A stretch of 59,968 nucleotides of DNA, counting the filler, from Stramenopiles sp. TOSAG23-2 (taxonomy: Eukaryota): the NCBI GenBank assembly GCA_900128395.1. It is 6 parts of 6 records of this genome, joined end to end, with 100 filler letters (N's around TTAATTAATTAA, not from the genome) between each part and the next. Parts side by side here need not be neighbours in the genome. Positions count along the whole stretch, not along the records: positions 20,057 to 29,980 come from LT650061.1; positions 30,081 to 40,000 come from LT650062.1; 4 more parts are not named here. One strand, written 5' to 3'. The notes beneath the pieces were generated by a model. The model did not search any database and was not told the origin of the DNA. It saw nothing but the letters and a program-made list of their open reading frames with translations. A program made the position numbers and the translations under genes. Numbering within the stretch: the first letter of the stretch is position 1; the number at the start of each line of letters is the position of its first letter. This document shows, in pieces, positions 20,746 to 31,862 of the stretch.

Positions 20746-22516
20746 TTACAATCGTGCTTGTTCGGAACCACTTTTATTATTTTGGAATCCAAACCATTGT
20801 CTTAAGCTTGAAAAGACATTATTCATAATACCATTATTACTATTATCACCATTAGCGTTCCCTACAATCTCTTCTTGGCCTACTATTATTTTATCATTGA
20901 TATTTACAAGGAACGAATCTTCCAATACTTTAGAACTCCCAAAGCGATTGTTCCATTCATAATATTGACGTAACGATACTAATGGAACGCTTGATCGTAT
21001 AACACCCATGGCAGTGGCAAAATCTTTTGACATAATAGAACGTACATCTGAATCTTTCACGACAGATGGGTCTAATTCCCATAATTTTAACTCTCGTAAT
21101 CTAACCGTAGATGCTTCTCGACATAATTCAAAAATATCACTACAAGAATAACCAGCAGTCTGCTCGGCAACCATTGAAATTTCATCATCGGACAAAGCAA
21201 GATCGCCATCTTTTAACAATGTCGTTTCAAGCAATGATCCCCTTGCCTCGTGATCCGGCAATGGGACATAAATACGTTTAGCAAAACGTCGTAATACTGC
21301 ATTGTCTAAATCCCATGGTCTATTCGTTGCAGCAATTACTAATAATTGCCCAATCCCACCACTATGCTTATTAATTCCACTTAATTGTACCATGAACTCC
21401 GTCTTCACACGGCGTGTTGTATCGTCGTCTCCACTGCCACGAGCAGATAATAAACTATCAATCTCATCAATGAAAATAACAGCTGATTTTTGTTGCCTAG
21501 CGACATTGAATAATGTCCGTACTAATTTTTCACTTTCACCAAACCATTTCGAATTAATCGAAGCAGCTGATATACTAAAAAATGTTGCATCAGTTGAACC
21601 GGCAACAGCTTCGGCTAACATTGTTTTACCTGTACCCGGCGGCCCAAATAGCAACACCCCTAATGGTGGTGCACGTAACAACGAATTGAAAATTTGTGGT
21701 ATTAATTTTGGCAATATAACAGCTTCACGCAATGTACCTTTTGCAAATGTTAAACCAGCAATATCATCCCACGTCACGTTATTCCCATCACTAACAATTT
21801 CATTCAAAATATGTAACTCTAATTCTGTATCCTTCGATGCTGCTTTCACTTTGTCCACATGCCCAAGCTTGTTGAAATACTTCATTAATTTATCTTCCGA
21901 TTGCGTTGCTAACAATTTAACATCGACAATGGTATCATAACCATCCTCAATAAAACGATCAACACTTTGTGCGGATTCATCTTCCGTTAGACCCATGGAT
22001 AAAAACCATCGATACATCATAGTTGCTTCTTCCGTTTCAAATTCTTTCTCCTCCGGTTCCGAAGCACCTTCTTTCTCATCGTCTGAATTGCCGTTGGAAT
22101 TTTTTTTATGTAATCCTTTTTTCTTAACGACGCGTGGCGGAGTATCGCTTAACCTTTTAGCTGCTACATTAATTTGATCCAAATCAGCAATACTTTTCAC
22201 ATATTTTAACATTTCACTTGTATTTGCTAAGCGCTTAATGTCCCATAAAGAATTTACGGCATCATCATTTAATTTTTCAGCACATATAACAGCATCGTAA
22301 TATTCTAAACCAGCATCTAAATGCAGCCTGATATGTATGTAATATGTTGTTCAATGTTAGTCCTGATATTTATTATTATTATTATTATATATATGTTTTA
22401 TTATATTTCTATAGAACAATTTAACGAACTTACCAGTTAATACAAGCTAATGTATCACGTTGTCCAATAACCCATCTTGATTTATTCCTATTGTATCTAT
22501 CATTGTAATATGACAT
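20746..22516 (-). CDS. Spastin/fidgetin/katanin-clade AAA ATPase with two N-terminal SAM-like domains; join of 22516..22434 and 22327..20746, 554 aa
   Basis: VTWDDIAGL, Walker A GPPGTGKT, pore loop SKWFGESEK, Walker B IFIDEID, ATNRPWDLD and RRF. Intron TG|GTAAGT (22433) to CAG|G (22328) rebuilds …CINWLHLDAGLEYYD…. ATG at 22516. Confidence 0.85.
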
Positions 22517-23006
22517 GGTATGTAAATAATATTTTATGCTCAGTTGGGGGGGGGGAGAGAGAGAAAGAGAGAAAGATAGTGAAAGATATTTATATATTTA
22601 TATATATATTTGTTCATATATATATGTACATCTTGTATATATATATATTATATATTTTCTGCATTAGCTATTATTAATTCATACTATTATCGATATATAT
22701 GTATGACGTTGGACTTACTATTTTCTCCCCACCACCTTCTTTTCGCCCCGCACGTGCGCACGAACCAAAAACGACGACGAAATGTACCAAATCAAATAAT
22801 AGCTAGTCTTCTACCGCGCTACTACAACAGGACAGTACATACAGCAGCCTGCTGGGTCTGGCAATCTATTTTGCACACTTCACTATAAGTTTGTGTAATT
22901 GTATACATTATGTGCGGCCTATTATGCCCACAATCAAATCCGGCATAGCCTAGCAACTAGCAACTGTCGCAATTAACGGTAGCTAGCAGGTAGCAGGTAG
23001 CAGGTA

Positions 23007-23479
23007 GAGCCGCTCCGTTTTATGTCGGGTGGTCCCCTGCACCTGTGTGCACGCTTCAAACGCTCGATATGCTCAAAATGACGATTCTGACGATTTTAAA
23101 ATTTACAACACTTAAATAATTAAATTTTCAATTTTCCAATAATTTTTATTATCAGTCATATAATACTAGTTAAGGTAATTAAAAGACTAAAATAGACTAA
23201 AATTAAACTATATACAAACGTAGTGTAAGAAGTATATAATTTAATTATATACTTCTTACATTATTAAATTATAACCATTAGTACTTATTTAACGATTATT
23301 ATCTTAATTACCTTAACTAGTATTATGTGACTAATAATAAAAATTATTGGAAAACTGAAAATTTAATTATTTAAGTGTTGTAAATTTTAAAATCGTCAGA
23401 ATCGTCATTTTGAGCATATCGAGCGTTTGAAGCGTGCACACAGGTGCAGGGGACCACCCGACATAAAACGGAGCGGCTC
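23007..23479. mobile_element. 473-bp foldback/MITE with 176-bp near-perfect terminal inverted repeats
   Basis: Arm 23007-23182 is the reverse complement of 23304-23479 with about 3 substitutions. Central 18-bp hairpin (23224-23260). Flanked by TA on both sides within a (TAGCAGG)n run. Confidence 0.88.
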
Positions 23480-23635
23480 TAGCAGGCCTTAGCAGGTACA
23501 GTAGTGACACACAAGCTGGAATGCTGGAATTACTAGAGAGAGATACAGTAGTATACGGGCGGCATCATAGACTACACACAGTAGGTTGTTGTTGTTGTTG
23601 TTGTTGCCATAATAATAATAATAACAACCATCAAT

Positions 23636-25204
23636 CCCCTGTCCAGAAGCGTTCATGGGTGTATCAATTTGATTTTTATTATTTTAAGTATTTTATTTAA
23701 TTTATTTATTTATATTAATTAGTATGTTTTTTTGTATTTTTATTTAATTATTTTATCTATTTGAATTTTACTTATTCAGAGTGCAACGCTTCAAAGGGTC
23801 TCTCACATAATTAATGCAAAAAACGCCAAAAAAAAATGTTACCATGGGAATAGGCTTTAATTTAAGGTTAATTTCTAAACTTGTGCTTGTTACAATATTG
23901 AATTATAAAATTGTTCCTATGAACGAAATTTATTTTTTTTGATAGGTGTAATTTGGTATGTTTGTCTTGTTACATTATACATGTAATTGTCCATATAGCA
24001 CATTTCGGTATTTTATACTTGTTACAATATGAAAAATCGATTTTTTGAATGTCCATATAGCACATTTCGGTATTTTATACTTGTTACAATATGAAAAATC
24101 GATTTTTTCAATGTCCCTTTTTTTTTGTCCATAACACAGCATGGTTTATTTTTATTTTATAGTTGCTAAAATATGAAAAAAATCTATCAAATGTCCCCTC
24201 ATGTAATAGCATTACGATGATTTTAGTGTACTTGTTACAATATTATTTTTTGTATTTTATTGTAGTATCAAAGAGAAATAAAAAATTGCAGGTGGATACC
24301 ATTGCCATATAGCACATTTCGGTATTTTATACTTGTTACAATATGAAAAATCGATTTTTTCAATGTCCCTTTTTTTTTGTCCATAACACAGCATGGTTTA
24401 TTTTTATTTTATAGTTGCTAAAATATGAAAAAAAATCTATCAAATGTCCCCTCATGTAATAGCATTACGATGATTTTAGTGTACTTGTTACAATATTATT
24501 TTTTGTATTTTATTGTAGTATCAAAGAGAAATAAAAAATTGCAGGTGGATACCATTGCTAACATAGAGTTACCATTAAATTAAACGACTTTTACATATAG
24601 CACATTTCGGTATTTTATACTTGTTACAATATGAAAAATCGATTTTTTCAATGTCCCTTTTTTTTTGTCCATAACACAGCATGGTTTATTTTTATTTTAT
24701 AGTTGCTAAAATATGAAAAAAAAATCTATCAAATGTCCCCTCATGTAATAGCATTACGATGATTTTAGTGTACTTGTTACAATATTATTTTTTGTATTTT
24801 ATTGTAGTATCAAAGAGAAATAAAAAATTGCAGGTGGATACCATTGCTAACATAGAGTTACCATTAAATTAAACGACTTTTACGATGAAATAGCATTATT
24901 ATTGTAATTACCTGCTAAAATATGATAACATGACAATATCAGTACCAACAAATAGAGTATTAAAACATCATCATTTCGATTCCGAAGAACAAAAGCTAGT
25001 TTTTTTTCGGTATTTTACCTTAAATATATTTTAATTTTTGTTGCCGTCAGAATTTCGAAACAAAATATTTTGCCTTTCTCCTCGGATTTTATGTCGATAA
25101 AGCCATATTGATAGGTACTTTTATTTAACTCTACCAATTGCATACTCCAGAATATTTTGTGAAAATTCTCTGTTTCTGTCCTTAAATTAATTTCTGGACA
25201 GGGG
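23636..25204. mobile_element. ~1.57-kb AT-rich putative non-autonomous DNA transposon with 13-bp perfect TIRs (CCCCTGTCCAGAA / TTCTGGACAGGGG)
   Basis: GC-rich 13-mers at 23636-23648 and 25192-25204 are exact reverse complements. They bound an ORF-less interior with internal repeats. No clear TSD. Confidence 0.6.
23992..24882. repeat. Tandem array: 62-bp partial copy plus three 252-289-bp near-identical copies
   Basis: Units start with catatagcacatttcggtatttt at 23992, 24054, 24306 and 24594. Confidence 0.9.
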
Positions 25205-25517
25205 TTCCAGCCTCTCGGGCCTTTCAGGTAAATTAAAATCCGATATCGGATTATTAATTATGACTAGTACTAAGAAAGATAGAAAGATGAAGTTAATATA
25301 ATTGAAAATACATCTCTAAAAAAAAATCGTGTTGTACAGAATCGTACAATACATATATATATATATATATCATAACATTCAATTGTGCATATATAAGTGA
25401 AAATATATCATTGTTTGAAAAAAAAAAGTATATATATTATAATATATTATTTGTCATCTTTCTCCCCACACCCAAAACAAACGCTAAAATTGAATAATTT
25501 TAAAGATTAATACTAAA

Positions 25518-26772
25518 ATGTCTACTGGTAAAACTCCTGTCACAGAAGCAGAACAAGAACAATACAACCAACATGCAATGGAAATGGCATACAAGGTTGA
25601 CAAATATCGCAGAGAGCAAATGAAGAAAAGAATTGCAAAAGCTGGTGGAATGAAAAATATAAATCCAAGGGATTTATTTCCTGAATATAATAAATTTGGG
25701 TATGGTGTTGCAATGGAAACTAGTCAAGAAAAGAATTGCAAAAGCTGGTGGAATGAAAAATATAAATCCAAGGGATTTATTTCCTGAATATAATAAATTT
25801 GGGTATGGTGTTGCAATGGAAACTAGTCGTGTTGGTGAAAATTATGTTTCTGAAGAATTACAACAAAAAGCTGATAAATTGGGTTTTAGGTTTGAACATT
25901 TAGCAACAACTATTGGCACCGTGGTACATGGTATTGATTTGAAAAAAAAATTAACGACAGAAATCGTTGAATTTCTTGAAAAAACACTTTCAGAACGTAA
26001 AGTTATTTTCTTCCGTAATCAACACTTATCAGCTGATGAACATGTTGCCTTTGGTAAACGATTTGGTATGTTGGATGCATTTCCATTTGGTAGACCAAGT
26101 GAGAATCCATATGCACTTACAATAGTTCATAATGAAAAAAGTCCTGGTCAAGAAAATGGATTTCATACAGATGTCACTTGGATGGAACGACCAAGTTTAG
26201 GTTCTATTGCACAAATGTTGGAAGTACCACCAAAAGGTGGGGATACCTTATTCGCTGATTCACATGCCGCATATTTAGGCTTGCCGTTAAAAACACAACA
26301 AGTTTTAAAACATGTGGAAGGTATCAATGATTATAGGCAATTTATTGGAACAGTATCGGAGGAACTACAACATGAATATAAAAAACGTTTCCCATTCGGA
26401 GTGTCTCATCCATTGTTACGAACGCATCCAGTGAATGGTAAAACAGCACTGTATTTGAATGGTGGATTTTTAAACCATGATTCATTATATGATATTCGAA
26501 CTGGAAAAAAACTTGATGTGGAGAAAAGTGAAAAAATAGTAAACTTTTTAATGCAGCAACATATTCATCCAGAATATCATTGTCGATTTGATTGGCATGA
26601 AGGCGATATTGCATTTTGGGACAATAGAGCTTGCCAACATTGTGCTGCTAGTGATTATTATCCACATCGTAGAGTCTTGCGTCGGGTGACAGTTTGTGGT
26701 GATAAACCATTTTACGATCCTTCTCAAGATCGTATGGATCCAAATAATGTAGCAGAAGGTAGTAAATTGTAA
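25518..26772 (+). CDS. TauD/TfdA-family Fe(II)/2-oxoglutarate dioxygenase with PTS1 (-SKL); frame broken by an exact 103-bp tandem duplication (383 aa when collapsed)
   Basis: IGTVVHGIDL, KVIFFRNQ, FHTDVTW (HxD), GGDTLFAD, HPLLRTHP and FWDNRACQH. 25623-25725 equals 25726-25828. Confidence 0.9.
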
Positions 26773-26902
26773 GAGAAAGAAGTAGAGTTTTGCGTCGGGT
26801 GACAGTTTGTGGTGATAAACCATTTTACGATCCTTCTCAAGATCGTATGGATCCAAATAATGTAGCAGAAGGTAGTAAATTGTAAGAGAAAGAAGTAGAG
26901 TT
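26677..26902. repeat. Exact 113-bp tandem duplication spanning the TauD stop codon
   Basis: 26677-26789 equals 26790-26902. Confidence 0.92.
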
Positions 26903-27381
26903 GTTTATATATATGATATCATACAGTTTACATTTTATGGATTGCATATAATAAATAAAAATCAACAAAGATTTCGTCTGTTCATCTTCCTGGGCATTTT
27001 TTAAAAAATTACGTTTTTACTTGCAACCTCTTGGTAGTGTAAAACCTACCAAGTACAAAATATCCTATATAAACCATCCTCATAGTGGTATTTCAATATA
27101 AATCTAAATCTAGAATCCACTTTTTTGCAACAGATTCTCTTGTAAATAAACAAAAAAATATGCAATAAACATTTGATGCCTTCAAGAAAAATATACTTTT
27201 GTATATTTTAGAGAAACAGAAAGATACTCTCATCGAAACTTTTTTTCAAAATAAAAAAATAGAAAATGTTATATTATATTATATATATTTAATTTGATAC
27301 TACTATTCTTATTTCATTAATGAAATATCACACACGCACACAAACGATATGGTACGAACAAACATTTGGGATATTAATATC

Positions 27382-27487
27382 CTAAAAAAGTTTTTTATCT
27401 GTATGATACTAAAACTATTGCAACAAATATGAATACTAAAAAAGTTTTTTATCTGTATGATACTAAAACTATTGCAACAAATATGAA
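27382..27487. repeat. Tandem duplication (54-bp period) spanning the TraB-domain gene stop codon
   Basis: ctaaaaaagttttttatctgtatgatactaaaactattgcaacaaatatgaa at 27382 and 27436. Confidence 0.88.
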
Positions 27488-29191
27488 GTGATACACCAAC
27501 CAACAAAGATATATGCACTTAATGTTTTTGTTTTGCTTTTTCCCCATATTGGACCTTTATATATAGGACCAATACAATCATCTAGATCATCAAATTTTTC
27601 TTCACCACTATTACTTTTTCGAATTGCATAGTTTTCATCATCACCAACATGTGATCCAATCAGACTAAACAATTCGACATTTTTCATATTATAATTATTA
27701 TCATCTAATATTACAGTTGTATGAAATGATTTTAAATCAATCGGTTTTTGAAAAGATAATTTTACATAGCAGCATAATGTTGGTTTTGTCGAAGCATCGC
27801 TTGATTTTGACATCACAAATGGGCGAATCTTGATTGAATTATTTAATCTTGCACCTAATGTGAAATCAGAAGGATTTTTATCATCTTTACTACTATTAAT
27901 ATTATTATAATGATAATGACGTAAGCAATTTGTACTCGGAAGTTTCATTTCATGCATTGTATTATTATCATCTTGATAATGAAATATTGTTAATATTATT
28001 ATAATGATAATGACGTAAGCAATTTGTACTCGGAAGTTTCATTTCATGCATTGTATTATTATCATCTTGATAATGAAATATTGCCATATTCTTTTCACTA
28101 TTATTCTTTTCAACCATTTTTATCACATTTCTTGCATTACTACTATTAACATCATCATCATCCTCCTCCTTCGTAGAAATGATGCGTAAATAAACATTAC
28201 CATTTAAATCATTTATAGTAGGTCCAATGTGGAAATTTAATTTCAATACCAATGTTTTAATACGAAATTTTGTTTTTGATAAAAATGAACGTGATTTAAT
28301 ACTTGGAGATTTGAAACAATCAATATCAAATGAAAATCCAGGATATTTTACATTCGTTTCGTTACTTTTCAATTGTAAAATTTGTAAAGGTTTACAATTA
28401 GGAATGATTGGATATTGAAAACAGTCTTTAATACCATGGACATGTGCATATCCAATCACGGCAATACAAATGCGATCTTGTGGTTCACAATTGACTTGCA
28501 ACGCATAGGACATCCATATATTTCGTTCCTCTAAAATAATTTGAGAGAATGTTGGCCATTGTTCTGCCATTTCTTTCACAAGTTCAACAATATCAATTCC
28601 ACCATCCGTCATACGTTCAATTAAGTCATTTAGATATGAACTTGGCAAAAAACTTGTTACAATAAATTCCAATACGAGTTGTTGGATGAATAGATATTTT
28701 TCAAATTTAGTTCGTAAAGATGACCAAAAACGATTCAACGTGTCTCTAACTGGTCGATCGAAGAGGTATGGTACACCGCCATGTTTCCTCCCTTCGTGGT
28801 ATGCAACTCTAAATTCTTCCCCTACTTTTACTTTTAATTTATCAGCAGAGTTAGCTTGAAATTCACTTAATAACGTTTGAAAAAAATCTTGTGCATTTTT
28901 AATATTCCGTTGTCCTTTCTTGCGTGCTTTTCCATTGTCTTCATTGTCTAACTGCAAAGTAGCTCGTCTATCGTTGCATAATTCAATAAATATTTTCTTT
29001 GGTTTGAAATGTGAAATTAATTTAGATACTAAATTGGAAGATTTTAAAGATACATGTGCCGTACCGACCAATATAATTATAGTTCCATTTGGATGTTGAA
29101 TACAAGATATCGTTTTATCATTGTCTACAAGTTGTTTTATCTCTTGCTCGATTGATTCGATGGATTGTGGTTGTTGTTGTTGTTGTTCCAT
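27469..29191 (-). CDS. TraB/PrgY (TRABD-like) domain protein with C-terminal extension; frame broken by an exact 94-bp tandem duplication (542 aa when collapsed)
   Basis: IILVGTAHVS, IFIELCNDR, GEEFRVA, FDRPVRDTLNR, ILEERNIWM and AVIGYAHVHGI. 27896-27989 equals 27990-28083. Confidence 0.85.
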
Positions 29192-29980
29192 TGTGTTTTT
29201 CTGGTGTCTGTTGATAAAATGTTGTGGTGTTTTGTTTGTTTTTTTCCCTGTTGTTCTGTCTTTTCTCTAATAAATACATTTTGCTTATATTTAATACCTT
29301 CTATTCTATCTATTCTTTTTTTTTTTTTTGAACTTTTTTTTTCGTCTGTAGATATCTCTGCATCTGTGGTTCCTAGGTGGTTGTTGGTTGTTTTTTTTAT
29401 TTTTTTTATTTTTTGATAGGTAAAAACATAGAATTTTAGTATTTTAAAACATATAATGTATCAAGTATAACGTACCTATCACTACTACAAAAACTTCAAA
29501 AGACCTCGTACGTAAACTAAAAGTACAAATTGATAGGTTAAAATAACAAAATGCTCGGCAAGAAAAATGTTTTTAGTGCTCTGTCTATGCTAATTCTACC
29601 ATTGACACAGCGCCAAAACAAAAACATTGATAGAGAAAATTATCATTACTATATCAATTAACAAAAAATCTCCATACTATAGTTTTAAGTACTCTAACAA
29701 AAATATGTAAATGAGACTACCAACTTTATACTACATTTCTATAACACCTCAAACACACATATTTTTGCCAATTTTATTTTCATTTTTAAAAGTTCCGCCA
29801 AAGTGGGTACGAAATATGAGAAATTTCATCAGATATATAAAATTTGCATTATGTCTCCAAATATCATTTCCAACATTTTCATCACATATAAACTACCATA
29901 TCCTTTCTTCATATATATAACTTGGATCTCTAAACTCCAACCAAAATAAATATTACATTTACATGAAACGCTAGACCCAA

Positions 29981-30080
29981 NNNNNNNNNNNNNNNNNNNN
30001 NNNNNNNNNNNNNNNNNNNNNNNNTTAATTAATTAANNNNNNNNNNNNNNNNNNNNNNNNNNNNNNNNNNNNNNNNNNNN
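29981..30080. other. Artificial contig linker
   Basis: N44-TTAATTAATTAA-N44. Confidence 0.98.
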
Positions 30081-30310
30081 TGTTAATAAGCGGGAGTAAA
30101 AGAATTTTATATAACATATGAGTAAGAGAAAAACACATATAAATGATAGATTAATTCATGTATAATTTACCCTTGTGCCATTTTATTCAATTTATGAATT
30201 AATCTAGACGCACATGTATTTTATATCATACACATGTTACAAAACTAATGATGTAAAATACATAGAATGACACAAAGGCACAGTATATTATAAGACGAGA
30301 ATCTTCCATT

Positions 30311-31411
30311 TCATAATGTATCAGCTGGTTTCTTCTTATCCCCAATATCATTATCATCTTTCTTATTACTCTTTTCAAGTTCATTAATTTCATTTGCAAA
30401 TTCATTTATCCCTTGGTCATATCTCCCTTCTTCTGAGCCTTCCCCCCCCATACAACCTTTCGGCAAACTTTTTTTCCCACCAACACGTGAATACATTTTC
30501 TCCATCGTATCATTTTTAATTCTGCTACTCATTTTTCTCGACATAAAAAGCCGCATAATCCCTAGTAAAATATTAATCCACCATGGCGAGTTCACTATAA
30601 TGATTTTTTTCATTTTTAATGGCATACATCCATAAAACAATTGATTCAAATCTTTTTCTACTGGTTTTAAAGCTGAAGAGAAAGACATCATGTCCCCTAG
30701 TCCCATGTACCCGATGTTTTCACACAACACAACCCCTGGATGCTGTGATACCTTGTCAAACACGGAGGCCAAAAGCAAGTACCACATCCACCTGGCTAGC
30801 TCTACCGGCGTCACACCTAATTTTTCAAGATCAAACGATTTTACTTTTGACAAATCAATTCCCCAGAACAGACAACCATCTAATGACTTTTCTTTTGGCG
30901 TTCCTGTTAATGGATCTTTTGAAACGTCGATAGGAAATGCCTCGCGCACATTATCCATGTTTCTGAAGTACACCGGATCTTTAAACCAACCTGTCACTGA
31001 ATAATGTTTTTCTTGCGTTTTTGCAAACGTTTCAAACCGCCTCAATGCTTTTGAAACATTAAATCTATTCGCCGTCACATCTTCGTCTTTTTGCGACCAA
31101 AATAAAAAAGCTTTATAAACATCGTCTTTTGTTTTACCTTTTGCAATTGATTTCCCTAAATGTACACCGCGCAACTCATAGGAAAAGTCACCCTCTTTCG
31201 GCGTTGGCAGCATTTCTTTAAATGCATCTAATGCGCCTGCAGAGTCACCAGTAAATATTTTATCCCCCTTTTTATCTTTACCTTCCATATTATTCATAGC
31301 CTTTGCTTCACTTAAAACTAACCCTTTTACTTCATCGTTAATTACTGTCGGTTCAGGTTCTTTTATATTAGTTTCACGTTTGGTGTTGTCGTCGTTTGCT
31401 AAACTGGCCAT
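30311..31411 (-). CDS. CRAL-TRIO (Sec14-like) lipid-binding domain protein
   Basis: SQHPGVVLCENI…MPLKMKKIIIVNSPWWINILLGIMRLFMSRKMSSRI…LPKGCMGG is typical of the CRAL-TRIO C-terminal half. Confidence 0.85.
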   Translation of the reverse strand: MASLANDDNTKRETNIKEPEPTVINDEVKGLVLSEAKAMNNMEGKDKKGDKIFTGDSAGALDAFKEMLPTPKEGDFSYELRGVHLGKSIAKGKTKDDVYKAFLFWSQKDEDVTANRFNVSKALRRFETFAKTQEKHYSVTGWFKDPVYFRNMDNVREAFPIDVSKDPLTGTPKEKSLDGCLFWGIDLSKVKSFDLEKLGVTPVELARWMWYLLLASVFDKVSQHPGVVLCENIGYMGLGDMMSFSSALKPVEKDLNQLFYGCMPLKMKKIIIVNSPWWINILLGIMRLFMSRKMSSRIKNDTMEKMYSRVGGKKSLPKGCMGGEGSEEGRYDQGINEFANEINELEKSNKKDDNDIGDKKKPADTL

Positions 31412-31862
31412 TTGTTGTAAGATATTGTGGTACTTCGGTCGTACAATGCCTTTGCTTTTTTTCTTTTTTTCAGCCCTCTTTCTGCTTTTGCTTTTGCCAC
31501 ATCAATATTGTATTATTTGTTGTATATATATATATAAATGTAAATTATAAACTCGAATGGGAATGATGAACATTTATTTTTATTATTTATTATTTATTTA
31601 TTTAATACACTTTTTATTAATATTAGTCAGTGTAGTCTGGTAGTAGAGCTCATTTATTATTATTATTATTTTTACCAGGTACCAGATAATAGATAATAAT
31701 TAAATAATATGATAATAATAATAAAAATAATAAAAAAATAATAAATAATGAGTATAGTATTATTTCATATGTTCATTTTTAAAGTATTGTGTACTGTTAT
31801 GAAACAATGTATTTACATGACATATTATAAATTGAATCTACCATTCACTAGTTAATTCAAAA

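Noticed and set aside
23886-24925. CRISPR-like repeat-spacer array
   Set aside because: Repeat core is short and degenerate, spacing is irregular, spacers are themselves duplicated, there are no cas genes, and the context is eukaryotic.
25518-25787. Separate 89-aa gene upstream of the TauD-family ORF (and likewise the 162-aa ORF 27469-27957)
   Set aside because: Both are fragments created by tandem duplications within single genes.
16202-26772. Peroxisomal gene cluster (thiolase and TauD both ending GSKL)
   Set aside because: The genes lie on different concatenated contigs, so proximity is artificial.
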